From Podospora anserina (taxonomy: Eukaryota), in the NCBI GenBank assembly GCA_017654855.1, contig JAFMPO010000001.1, positions 744,001 to 808,000 on the forward strand: 64,000 nucleotides of DNA, in the 5' to 3' direction. Positions 47,541-59,694 of the stretch are shown piece by piece. The notes beneath the pieces are model-generated. The model was not told where the DNA came from. It searched no databases and saw nothing but the letters and a program-made list of their open reading frames with translations. Numbering within the stretch: the stretch's first letter is position 1; every line of letters begins with the position of its first letter. The translations under genes and the position numbers were made by a program.

Positions 47541-48415
47541 ATGTCGACTCAAGGTCTCCTTGCAAAGGGCGTTCCCCCTCAACCCCTCTGGCTCCTCTAC
47601 ATCAAGATCGCGATTTTGGTGCTCTCACTCATCACACTCGCTCTCGGTGCTTGGGCCGTATCAATCTTTGGTGGCTATGCTGGAGGATATGGTGGCCCAA
47701 CTGGCGCCGGTGGTCTTGTCATCTTCACAGTATGCTTCCTCTTGTCGAGCCCTATATCTCATCTCATACTCACACATCACAGGCTATCTGGTCCTTCATC
47801 GTCTACGGCGGCGCCGCAGCCATTGAGATCTGGGCGCCTCACTTCTTCTATCGCATCGGTGCTCTGGTCGGTTACATCCTCCACATCATCTTTTGGCTCT
47901 CCGCCTGGGCCTGGTCTGCCAGTGCCGCTTCCTTCTGGCTCTCATACACGTATGACTTTGGTTTCTACGACTCTGCGTGGAAGAGAGAGGGCCAGGCTCT
48001 CGGTGCCTGCGCCGGTCTCGGTGCTTTGATCTGGTAAGCAAAATCAGATTGTCCCGGTATTCACAGCAGGATTTCCCCCGTCCCCGTAGCTGCGCCGCAC
48101 TGCCTCACGGCAACATCACATGGGTGTCAGCAATTCGGGGATACCACCCCGCACTGATGTGCATCTAGTGCAATCAAGCAATAAAGCCACAAAATCTCCC
48201 AATTTGGACCTACCAACCCGACCTGATTGGCTAACATTCTGGACCGCAGGGTTCTTTCTATTGTGCACTTGGTCTTCTTCATCCGTGCCTCCCTGGCTGA
48301 TCCTGAGGGGTCTGGCCCGGCCCCTGGCACCGCCGGCCAAGCTGAGCTCGGCCAGGTCAAGCCTGAGCAGCAGTACCCCGCACAGCAAACCTATCCTGTC
48401 CAGCAGACTCAATAG
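47541..48415 (+). CDS. MARVEL-like four-transmembrane protein (~201 aa); introns 47730-47782 and 48034-48249
   Basis: Four hydrophobic helices, including IIFWLSAWAWSAS and ACAGLGALIWVLSIVHLVFF, followed by a Q/P-rich tail. Splice sites are canonical. Confidence 0.8.
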
Positions 48416-49689
48416 ATGCGCTTCATGCAGGTGAAGCTGCACGTTGGTCTGTGAGGGTGGTGAAGGAAATTGAGTCGGTGTCGTCACGCCAGATGAGAGG
48501 TTGCAGTCGGGGACGGGGAATGAGTTTGATGCTTTCTTTTATTGTTCATGATACCAGGTGGCAAGCGATGGGCTATAATGGAGTTGGATATTTACTGGAT
48601 GGGAGTTGCTCTCCTTGTTTCGATTTGGATGGCGACGGAGTGAGGCACAGATACCCCTATCGATGAAACTGATTATGGAGTGAAGTTGATTTGTGCAGTT
48701 TGCATGACCCGTCAGCAGTATAGGCAAGGAATATGTACTAGCTATTTTGCTAATTTCCTCTCCTCCTCAAATCCTCCTTTCCGATTAAAACTTCTCTAGA
48801 CGATGGATCTCACCTGTTCGCCCAAGGTTTAAATTGGACAACATCCTGGTGGGTATTTACTCAGTGGCATGAAACTACCTATATAATTGAAACAGCTCAG
48901 TAGTCATGTAGATGAACACCCCAAAAGAAAATATGCTATAAATCATCAGTATAGAAGTTGTTGTTACCTACAACCCTGCTCCAAATGCAACCATGTATGT
49001 GAAAATAGAAGATAGTTCATGTGTAGAAAGCGGCAGACGATATACCTTTCAAATTTCTTTCAACACATCTGACTTTCATCTTGAACCATGCAAACAATAC
49101 ATAAATGCCCCTAAGCTATTTCAATAGGCTCAGCAACAATTTTTAAAGGTGCATTGATGATTCGAAAAGGCGTATTGACTACCTTTTGACTCAAAATACA
49201 CCTGAAAAGTTTTGAGGCGTATGAACGATCATTAAAAATGGTTTAGCAACCCATGAATGACAAGATAATGTGTATAGAGTACATTAGAAGGCCCATTTAA
49301 CATTACAGTAGATCTAGAATGTATGTCAACAATGATAAACAACATAGCCAATGCCCGTTAACTTACAAGCCTGCGGACGATGCTGTTATTTCTTCGACTT
49401 CTCCATTTGCAACCACTCTCGCCCCCCAACCGCCTTCCCCCCTTTATCTCTGCATTCTTCCTTTACTCCCTTTAGTTTCCAACACACAACTGAAATTGTG
49501 CATTTTCTTTGATGCCAAGCAACACAAACCAACTGTTTCCCATCTTCGTCGGCATCATCCACTCCAAATCTACCGTGTCAAACAGCTGCGACGGTGTAGT
49601 GTGGTGGTCCCGGTCAGGCGGTACAACCCGATCGGCCCCACCCCGCTTCCGTCCCCCCGGATTTAAGGAGGACGCCAAGAATGCCGGCA

Positions 49690-49909
49690 AGATAAGGCAT
49701 GTTACCTTTTTCGGTGACCAGTCCGGTCTCCGCCGCGTGCTTGACCCGCAGGATTGGGCCGGAAAACAGGGCGCTCCCCACTCGCAAGATAAGACTATCG
49801 GCCACTAAGTGGTGTATACATCTGATAGGAGCCGCATCTCACCACAACACGCACGGCGATGATGAGATGGGAACTCCAAGAATGACGAGAATGGGATTCG
49901 TAAAGATAG
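49690..49909. promoter_or_regulatory. HGATAR cluster upstream of the asparaginase-like gene
   Basis: AGATAA at 49690, AGATAA at 49787, TGATAG at 49823 and AGATAG at 49904. Confidence 0.4.
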
Positions 49910-50068
49910 GAGTCTTGAGGTCCCCGGGGCTATGTAGGACCCGCCAGAACATCAGGATCGAGCATTTAAAGATGATGGCAAGCCCAGATATTCTCGTGGC
50001 TGATCAGACCTCATCAGCGCTGGACCTTTACATCCAAGCTCACCCAGTTCTCGGTCCCCCAGCTCGAG

Positions 50069-51424
50069 ATGTTCACTTCGAAATCCCTCACAGCGTTGGC
50101 CATCGGCCTTGGTGCCATTGCATCCCAAGCCAAAGCTGAGAAGTCTACTTTTGACTCGGATCTTACTTGGGTCTCAACAGATTCTTCTTTGCCCAAGGTT
50201 GTCATCTACAACGCTCGCGGTACAATTCTCTCCGCCTCCAAGTACGGCCGGCTCGACAACATCAACTATGGATCCGGTCCCCCAGTTACCGTTGACCACA
50301 TGATCGGAAACGTCACTGAGGTCCTCAAGGTGGCTCAGTTGGCTGTTGTTTCTTTCCCAGTCACAGGAGGAAGTGCCGGTCTCAACAGCTCACTCTACCT
50401 CAACATCACACAGCATGCCAACCGTCATCTCTGCACCGAGGGCTCAGACATCGCAGGTGGCATCATGTTCCACGGAACCAACACCCTCGAGGAGACAGCC
50501 TTTGGCGTCGACCTGACCCTCAACTGCTCCAAGCCATTCGTCGCTACCGGTGCCATGAGACCCGATACCTACATCTCCCCCGATGGCCGCTCCAACTTCT
50601 TCCAGGCTGTCGCCACAGCCGTTTCCCCCGATGCGAGGGACAGGGGTGGTTTGATCGCCTTCAACGATCGTATCACCTCCATCTACTATTCCACCAAGTC
50701 CAACGCCAACACCCCCGACACCTTCAGGTCGATCGAGCAGGGCAACGTCGGTGCTTTCCTCGGAGGTCAACCGTACTTCTACTTCAGCGGACCAAGCTAT
50801 CCCACCGGCCGCCCACACTTTGACGTGACGAACACCACTGAGCTTCCTGCCGTTGTCGTCCTCTATGGTCACCGTAAGTTTTTCCTTCTGTCACCAGCTT
50901 GTTTCGAAGGTGCTAATAGTTTGGATAGAGGGCTTCGACGCCTCGCTTATGTACGCGGCTGTTGCCAATGGTGCCAAGTAAGTGCCTTTCTGCCTGTTGA
51001 GAATCGTTGAAAACAACAGAACTGACTGGAAATAAAACAGGGGTATCGTTCACATGGGCTCTGGCGCCGCTTCTCTCTCCCCCTCCGCCCGCGAGGCTGC
51101 CGCCGAGCTCTACAAGCAGGGCATCCCTGTCGTGACTGTCACCCGTTCCGTGACCGGCACTGGTATGCCCGGTATTGAGAAGGGTCCTGTGTGAGTTTCC
51201 TCCTGTCAAAAGACTGGTATTTTATGTTTGATGACAGTTACTGATTCTCTTGCCCCGACAGCTTCTACGCTAGCTACCTCCAGGGCCCTCAGGCCAGAAT
51301 CATGCTTCAGCTCGCCATTAACGCCGGTTACACTCTTGATGAGATCCGGAATTTGTTTGAGGCTCCTTTGAGGAGTGCCATCTATGCCCCTGCTCCCAAC
51401 AGCGAGTGGTTTGCCGAGGTGTAA
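50069..51424 (+). CDS. Secreted type II L-asparaginase-like protein with non-canonical motifs (~388 aa); introns 50874-50928, 50978-51040, 51191-51261
   Basis: Signal peptide, then LPKVVIYNARGTI, HGTNTLEETAF, KPFVATGAMRP, TKSNANTPDTF and GAKGIV, QARIMLQLA. Three canonical introns give an open frame to TAA at 51424. Confidence 0.88.
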
Positions 51425-52709
51425 GGCGGGAGGCATGAGCTCGTGTTTTCATGTACTTGATGATCAAGATCGGAACTGATGAAATGATGTGATGACTGAT
51501 AGATATAGCTGGTAAAAAAATTCGAAATGGGTAATTTTGATGAATTAATAACATTGATAACTACATGAACTGCGCCAAGAAATGAAAGACCGTACAAAAT
51601 AGAGACCATGGATCGGTATTTATAATAACTTGAGATGTCCGTTTACTGTGTACACGACGGCTCACAAACGACCCGCCATCGTTTTCACGCCTTAGTCTGA
51701 ACGCTGCGGGGACCAGAGGAAAACAGCCACCAACCTTGTCGAATACGCAGCGCTCGGATGAGCAGGATTACTGTTTGTCCATGCCCGCTTTGCTCAAAGA
51801 TGCTTACGAGGGCAGGCTGTCCCATCGGAGTGCTGCTAGGACCACAGGTACCAGGATATTTGCAGGAATCCGCAGCTTCTTTGTGCTTTGAATCAGCCAG
51901 CCAGCCAGGTACTGTTTCAACTCCGAAGGTGGTGGTGTTGTGAAGGCTCTCATCGATGTCGGCGAACGGAACAGGGTGGGTATGACGAGTGAGTTGGGTG
52001 AAAAAGACGAGAAATTTTCAAAACTGTGAAACCAAAAAGAGTGATATGGGTTATCAACACACAGTTTGCTGGCCCGTCTTCTCACTGTGTAGTCGAAAGT
52101 AGGGCAGCTTTATCTCAGCAACACCCAGAAAAAAATGACAAAGGTCGGTGGCTGCCCAGGCGTTGGATGCTTCTCACCTTGCCGGAAAAAGCCATTTCCC
52201 CACTGCGCACAACGTTAGCAGGAAACAGGGTTAAAATCCACTCCTTGACGGTCCTCATCCACCACCGAACCTCATTCCCAATTCCCGTGTCGCAGTAACT
52301 TGTGTTTTTGTTTAGACTGCAGCATGGCCCGGATTTACCATCTCTCGCTTGAGCATCGGGGTTTCTCGCCTAGCCTTTCTTGTTGATGGTATCTTCCCGC
52401 TTTGGCTTCAGGTTGACGGGTTGATAAGTCAAGCCACTACCCACCTAATACGGCGGGTGACCAGACCTTAAAAAAGCAAAAGAGAAATAAAACTGAGTTA
52501 CCCACACGGAAGCCCTGCATAGTTTGACGTTGACCAGTGGCTCTTGGAATCAAACCCTGACCGAAACGAGTATAAGGTTGCTGAACCCTCCCCCAATTCC
52601 TTCAACTGTCTCGAGCATTTCTCCTGGTGAACCATATCTGACTTGGTCAGTCTTTCCACCGATTCAGCACAACCCAACCGACGAATATCTCGTACAACAG
52701 TCTCCAAAC

Positions 52710-53735
52710 ATGGTTCGCCGCCCAGGAACCCACTCAACCTCTTCGGAGTCGTCAGACTGGGAAGACGCTCAGACCAGAGAGACGGGCGACTGGGCGTCCA
52801 AACACTACTCGGACAGTGACTCGGAGCACTGGAGTTGGTCCGACAGCGACTCGGAGCGATCAGTCGGTTCAAACAGCGACGTCGAAGCGGAGGCGGAGGC
52901 AGAGGCAGAGGCAGAGGCAGAAGCTGCCGTGCAAGAAAGGATCGAGGCCATGATGGACACAGGGACGGTGCATTCCCAACTCGTCGAGCGAGCGACGGAA
53001 GCAGAGACGCCCAGTATCGGGTCCAAAGCACAGCTGAATGTCGAGGAGGTCACTTCGCTCCCGCTCGTCTTTCCGTCTGCACCCGTTCGCTCCCCTACAC
53101 CCGACCGCGTACAAGCGCAAACGCAACCTGCCCCCTCCACAGCCTCACCCCCATCTCCCGGTTCCTCCGTTGTGCGTGATGAGGCGCTTGCCACTGCTCC
53201 TGTTCCCACGCCGGTAACCACCACCGCTTCTGCTCCCACCCCTAACCTGGAACCAACCCCGCTCTCCCCAAAAGCTAGAGCCGCCCTAGCCCTGCGCTTC
53301 TACACCCTCCGCGCTCAACTCGAGGCCTCCCTCGCAAAGGAGCTCGCCGCCCTTCCCCCTCCTCGACCCCCCTTCCGCGTCATGGTCGAGCGTTTCGACG
53401 CTTACGAGAAAGCGTACCTCGCCGCCGAGGAAGCCGACCGTCTCTACCGTCTCAACCACGGTCAGTCACCGAAGGGGTTGCTCGCCCGCTTGTTGGAGCG
53501 CTTCTGCGGGGATGGTCCATTGTCTCAAGTCGCCTTTGAGAGGGAGGTCCCGAGCCCGGCGACGTGGGACTGGCTCCAGGCCGAGATTGAGTACCGGCCT
53601 GTCTTGGAGGAGATGTGCCGCAAGGAAAAGGAGATCAGGAGCCGGTATGAGGAGATGAGGGTGAAGGCTCGGAGGCAGTATTTGGAGACGCTAAAAGAGG
53701 GTGGAGTGTGGCTGAAAGAGATGGAAAAGATGTAA
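52710..53735 (+). CDS. Hypothetical protein (341 aa): acidic/Ser-rich N-terminus with an (EA)n run, Pro/Thr linker and helical C-terminal region
   Basis: ATG at 52710 in a good context (CAAACATG). It shows the same C-to-G codon gradient as real genes in this window and a (GCAGAG)n repeat near 52885-52921. Confidence 0.7.
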   Translation: MVRRPGTHSTSSESSDWEDAQTRETGDWASKHYSDSDSEHWSWSDSDSERSVGSNSDVEAEAEAEAEAEAEAAVQERIEAMMDTGTVHSQLVERATEAETPSIGSKAQLNVEEVTSLPLVFPSAPVRSPTPDRVQAQTQPAPSTASPPSPGSSVVRDEALATAPVPTPVTTTASAPTPNLEPTPLSPKARAALALRFYTLRAQLEASLAKELAALPPPRPPFRVMVERFDAYEKAYLAAEEADRLYRLNHGQSPKGLLARLLERFCGDGPLSQVAFEREVPSPATWDWLQAEIEYRPVLEEMCRKEKEIRSRYEEMRVKARRQYLETLKEGGVWLKEMEKM

Positions 53736-54071
53736 ATTGAGTAGATTGGGAACGAATTGTGGTGCAGAGTTACTGGTTTGTAGCTAAATAAGAAAAAAAT
53801 AAAAAGAATTGAAAAAAGAATTAAATAAAAAAAATAAAAGAAAAAAGTAGTGAAATGGATGTAGAATTGAGCGTAAAAAGAAAAGCAGATGTATGGTGTG
53901 AAAGCTGCAAGTTGGTAATCAACTGTGGTTTGTTTGCACAGTTAGAAATTTTGCGGACATCGATGGGGCTTAAAACAACGGATCCCAGATTCAACAAAAG
54001 AATTGTGGAGTGGAAAGAAGCGCCCAAAATTCAAAGAAGGTGGAGAGGTGTAAAAAGGTATAAAAGAAACT

Positions 54072-54153
54072 CGACGTGGGCCTGATTCGAACAGACGCTC
54101 CCGAAGGAACAAGATTTCTAGTCTTGCGCATTAGACCACTCTGCCACCACGCC
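54072..54153 (-). tRNA. tRNA-Ser, anticodon AGA (82 nt, intronless)
   Basis: Acceptor stem GGCGTGG/CCACGTC with discriminator G, D-arm TGGCAGAGTGGTCTAATGC and anticodon arm CAAGA-CTAGAAA-TCTTG. The long variable arm is TTCC-TTCG-GGAG and the T-arm GTCTG-TTCGAAT-CAGGC, with a T-tract downstream. Confidence 0.96.
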
Positions 54154-54241
54154 TCCTAAGAACTCGACAGCAAATGAATGGAATCTAGATTACTTGTAAG
54201 AAGCTGCAGTTATCGGTTTACTTTCATTACTCGACTGTAAT

Positions 54242-55903
54242 TCAGTTCACCAATCTTGCTTTTACGACCTCGTATGCCCAAAGGTTCTCTGGAGACATCC
54301 CTTCTATCTCAGGTTGCAGAAAGCACGCGTGAATTTGACCCCCATATTCGGAGCCAGACTCATCTTCCTCTTCTTCCTCAGACTCATCCATTGCCATGGC
54401 CTCCTCCCTATCTATATCTGCAATATCCAGGCTAGAGACATACTCAGACTCGTTGTCCGGATCTGAAGTCAATTTTGTCCTTGCGCCAAGCTGATTATCC
54501 CACTCGGGCACATGGACGATGATGGTGCAGTATGAGTAGTCGGAGTGGATTGGTGCTTCGTTTCCGTACTGTTCATGGCATACCGTTAGCTTTATGTTTT
54601 ATGGGATACTGAGAAACCAGAGCCTCGAAAGCACTCACCACCATGTACATCAGCTGTCGCTGTTTGTGCTCGTCGTGGCTCTCATTCATCCACACAACCT
54701 CTTTGAACTTGACACGGCTGATGCCCCAGCTCTTAATCAAACGTTTAAGATGAGTTTCGTCATCAACTTGCCAATTCTGGTAGGTTTCCGCCGGAAAGTA
54801 CTTTCCCATCACATATCTGTACGAGTCGTCCTCGTACCTCTCAGTGACGAGAACAGGGCGTAGGTCGACGTGGTAGCCCAGGGACAGGAAACCTTGCCAG
54901 ATCGCTCGGTCAATGCCTTTGATGGCCGAGACGGAAAAGGTGTCCGATGCGTGCGAATATGCGTGCGAGGTGTAGAAGCCAAGGTAACCGCCTAACCATA
55001 AGGATGTGTTAGCCAATGTGAGTGAAGCAGGGAGTTGCAGATAGCACCAACCTTTAGGCATGAAAGTCTTGTCGTTTATTATGTTTCGTGCATACTTCAT
55101 CAGAGGAAGCTCGACTTCCATGGACCTGGCCAGTTTAGCTTCGGAAATGCGTTCGGCGTACAGATTGCACGTCAATGTAAGTCGGTATCCCTTTGAGACA
55201 GGAAGACCTCGTGTTCGCAATCGCTGTAGAACGTGGCCCATTGAACCATGTTGCTTTTGGAGTTCTTGGTTGAGCAATCGAACTTCATCGTCTCACCCCT
55301 GTGCCGTACCTCAAGCTCTTCCCCCGAGTGCTCAGCAGGTAGGCACAGTACTAAAGACCCAAACTGAGAAGGAGATCTCGGGGTGTCGACATGTGCCTTG
55401 AGGTGGCCTGATGGTCCATCATACACATTGAGTTTGTAGAGCTCTGCTTTGATTGTGTGATGACCGATGCCAGGAGAAAGAAGCTTGGATATCGTGTCAA
55501 TGATGCCGACATGGTAAGGGCAGAAATTGGTCGAGAACTGGGTAGGGTCGACGCTTCAGCGCCTTGCGATATTTCTCATCATATACCTCCCTTCCGGCCT
55601 TGCCAAAGGTTGCAGGGAGCATATCGGCGACGAGGGCGCGTAAGAGCTCATCTTGCTTCCCATGAGGACCTTCTGGAAAGGTAATCTTAGAGCGGGATGC
55701 AAGGGTAGATAGAGCAGTCTCGAGAATCCCAATGGAGAGCGATGGGGTCAAGATGTACAGCCTTGTCGCTGTCGGAGGGTTTGATGTCCGGGTGTAGAAT
55801 GGGAAGCGAGCCGCCGCATGCAAAAATACTGACTGGTGTCCATCACGGTCTTCAACTCCTCCACAAGAGTCATCGTATTGTCTTCGACCTCGATTGGACT
55901 CAT
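54242..55903 (-). pseudogene. 2OG-Fe(II) oxygenase-like pseudogene (about four frameshifts)
   Basis: Fragments FACGGSLP, PATFGKAGREVYDEKYRKA, DPTQFSTNFCPY, ELYKLNVY..AHVDTP..FYSDCEHEV, GYRLTLTCNLY and YGNEA are separated by frame changes. The shifts lie near 55824, 55700, 55553 and 55203. Confidence 0.8.
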
Positions 55904-56447
55904 GTTGACAACTGGCTTTGAATTTTGGCGTAAGTTATAAGGCATTTTGACGGCGGCGATAGATACACGATTGCGCCAATGGAAGAGATGGGGGGATGCA
56001 GAAAATGCTGCTTCGTAGAGGAAGGCACGCAATTTATGGAAGGAGAGCGACCAGACAAGGTTTCAGGCACGACTCTGCTGAAAATCTTCTCAACGCGCCT
56101 TCTGTGACATGTCATCCATCATGGTGGTCGTGGCTGGCTCAGCTCTATTAAACTTGATGAAATTTGCGTTCTTTGGAATGGAAGCCTGAATGAAGTTGGT
56201 GAAATATACTCTGAAGCCCTGAAAAAAACCCAAATCCGGTCTCTGAGCCTGCGGTTGTCCGCCTGGGAACCTTGTGAATTTCAAAGTTGTGCGAGACGTT
56301 CCGCTCTACCAAATTATGCGAACCCCAAATTATGCCCTCCAAATTATTCCTCTTTGGCATTTCCTAATGCCACCTGCAAAGTACCTAACGATTCAGACGG
56401 TGTGCACGCCGGATTTACCCAAGAAACTGGAATACATGAGAGATACA

Positions 56448-58913
56448 TCACAGGGCCTCAGACATCTCAGATAGAACAACTTGGCTACCCTCAAGTCTGA
56501 GAAGAACCCTCTTTGCAGTCCCCTTCATCCCATCCACCGGTTGAAGCCCGCCACCTGCCGCAGACCGAGACTCTTGGCTGAGCGCAAGCAATGGAGCCAG
56601 ATACGAGTCCTTGTATTCCTCGACCACCGAGATGTCGCTTCTGCCCTCGGCTGCCAGTCTGGCACGCATCTTGACTTGAAAGACAATTGTGATGACGAGG
56701 AAGACGGTGGCAATTACCAATTCGACAGCCAGGAAGGTAAGCCAACCCCAGATGATGCTAACATAGGATTCTTCAATCCAAGCTGTACCGGTGATGTTGG
56801 CAATATCGCTTGCTACTTGGAATTTGGGTCTGTTTTCTCGTAGTCTATAGCTTACAATCAGCACGGGGACCAGACGGAATAACTTTTGTTGAAGAGCAGC
56901 GAGAAAAATTACCCACGTGACAGACCAATAGCAAAGTTCATGAAGATCTTCTTGATGCGATCTGTCGCCCGCCCAGGATCAAGCAGATTTTCGGGCTCAA
57001 GAAAGATGCTTGTCCAGAGCGGCCGGGAAATACTATCAAACAACAGATCCAGGTAAATGTCTTCCGGACGCTCTTCTGATTGCACAGGACGCTCCTGAGC
57101 ATAAGTCATGAGAAGCGCTTTCATCTCTGTTCCAATGACCTGGATCGTCTCGTATGTGGCCCCGTAGTTTTCAAGTCCCGGGACTGCTGAGGGGTTAATG
57201 GGACCCTCCAGATAGATTGTATTGTTGTATCGGTCGAACCTATCCTCTTGTGCTTGGTCTCATATTAGTTGATCTCCTGGAACGTCGGCGCATGTGAAGT
57301 CCATGAAGAATCCGGAGCTAGATTCAGTCGGTGTCGATGTAGAGTTCGCTACGGTGGTGGTTTGTTTGCCTTTGTCTACGCGGATATCATATGACTGAAC
57401 ATAGAGGATGGAAGAGGACTTCGATAGCCTCGTAGCCAACCTTCTGGATCAAGCTGAGAATCTCCGCGTAGTTGGATTCCTCGGCAACCTCCTTCCACTC
57501 CCATTCTCCCTGCGTTTCAATCACCGGAACTGTGCGGATCAGTACCAAAGACGCTACTTTTGTCTCCATAAGATTCTTATTGCCCGAGAATGCAATGCTC
57601 TGGTTTCCAGTAGTTGTGGTCACCACTGGTGGAAGCCTGAAGGTTGTCCTCCGTTCGAATCCTCAGATGGGAAGAGATATCTGCGAAGTCTACACAGATT
57701 CCCAATGAATGAATTTCATCAAAGGTACAATTACCCGTTGGGCAGACAGGTTCATTAGGGGTTATCAGGCTGTACTTGTAGTCTTCCACGGGCCACGGGA
57801 GTTCATTGAGTGCCTTGTTAGTTGCCCGAACTAGAGTCTCATGAACCGAGACTTTCAACATCTCGATGACTGAAACTTGAACCCCATCTTCGCCCGGTGA
57901 GGGAACGTATCTTGAAGGGTAGTCGATGGCCAACTGTGTCAACGGAGAGGTGAGGACGCATATGATGCTCAGGAATGCTGCAAGGGTGACAAAGTGTCTG
58001 TGCCGGATTCGCCACAGTAGAGTGAGTGCTCCCCATGATCCCCTGCTTGCCTGGTCAATAAGATGGAAGTCGTACAACGGCCGGTCCTGAAGAAACCAGC
58101 TCCATTGAGCTTGGCTGATGGCATTGGAAGCTGGCCACATGAAGGCTGCCTTTGCCAGGGTGGTCAAAAAAGCAAGTATCGAGTTCAAAGATATCTTGAG
58201 AGGCCAATTTGGTAGCTGCTTTTCGCTATAGCTGGCGAGCACAACCACAATGGCTGTTGGTATATCTGGTTAGTACCGACTGAGCCATTGATAAGGGTGA
58301 CAAATCAGCCTTTCAGCACATACCCACAAATATGAGATAACTAGCACTGATGGACAGCACCTCGAAGCCCCAGATTCTCCAGACAGGCTTAAGTGTGTGT
58401 GTTTGAAGGCTGTCTGGGACCGAGGTTTGCCCGACAGAAAGTGTCTGTGGGTTACTGTTGTTGGGATGGGGCAAATCGGAGCTGAGTTGAGTGCTGTCTG
58501 CAGTTGAATTGGATCCAGATGAAAGTAGCTGACTTTTGATGGCGGCTGAATCTGGAATCACAGACCCTAAGTGAAAGCTATCGGTGGTCACCCCATCAGG
58601 TTGCATTGGCTGCGATTGGGGAGGAGAGGTAATCGTCTGATGTTGTGTCTCACGGATTGCCACATGGTTCTTCTTGGTTTAGGCTTGGGGGTGCGCAAAA
58701 AGTACAAGAAGTGTTAGCGTAGAGTGTGCCAGTCTCCGCAGTAACATATTCACACTTAGGATGGCCTTGAAGATTTGTCAAATTGGTCGATGGATTGTCG
58801 ATGGAGACTGGCTGGTTCAAATGAGTCTCTCGCGTATTGGATAAAGAAGCTTCCGGCGATTCGTGAGCTGTGGCGGCGTGCGACTCGCCTATTTGTTGTT
58901 GTTGGTTTGGCAT
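56448..58913 (-). pseudogene. DUF3176-like membrane protein pseudogene (5' end uncertain)
   Basis: Motifs ISLNSILAFLTTLAKAA, AISQAQWSWF, DFHLIDQASRGSWG, CPTGNCTF and C-terminal WGWLTFLA, with intron 58323-58254. Frameshifts occur near 57625 and 57405, and there is an in-frame TGA at 57262-57260. Confidence 0.75.
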
Positions 58914-59694
58914 GGCTTTCAATGAACCAGGAAGGCGTGATGAAGTCGGACACCGGTAACAAAGCGTAGTCTAGGGCAATGGTTTTTGTTGGAAGGAGAG
59001 TTATATAGGTAATTACCACTGTACGTCCGTGGACATATTTGCACATGTAAGCCTGGACCCGATGACTTTCCCTCAAAGAAATGATGATTTTCGGCGGGCT
59101 CAATTTTCATATTCGATATGCGGCCCAGCCTCAGTTTGCTATCCAGTCATTTGCCATGGATGAGCTCTTACCTTCCTGTGCCGTATGCGACCCAGAGGTC
59201 GTTAGGTTGGCGCAGGCGTACACCGAATAACTCAACTACTCAGCTTTCACAAATGCAAATTCCTTGGCCTAGAAACAGGTCGGTCAGATAACAGAGCTGC
59301 CAATCTCGTGCAGTGAGAGCGCTTGAGACTTGCACTTGTGTGTGATAACATTTAGGTGGCCTGGTCGTCCCACTTTTCCAATCATTTCAAAGAGAATGGG
59401 AAGGTACCTATGTACAGCAGAAAGTGCATTTGAGGCCAGAATCAGAAAATCGGAGGCACCATACAAGGCTAATGACAGTACCTCTAAGGACTGACATGTA
59501 TCATGTGCTTGTGTCAATTAAAAGCGAAAGGCAGAATTGGGGATCAGCTTGCTCCACCTGAAAAGGGGCAAGATATCATGGTCATGGTGTTGATATTATA
59601 TGCAAGGTGCACTTTGGTCAAAGCCCGATTGAACAAACATTTTAGCTAACCTGAACGGACCACATCCTTGAAACCTCTAGTCTCGTAGCCCAAT

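Noticed and set aside
57260..57262. In-frame TGA in the DUF3176-like gene as an A-to-I-correctable premature stop
   Set aside because: Upstream frameshifts would still destroy the frame.
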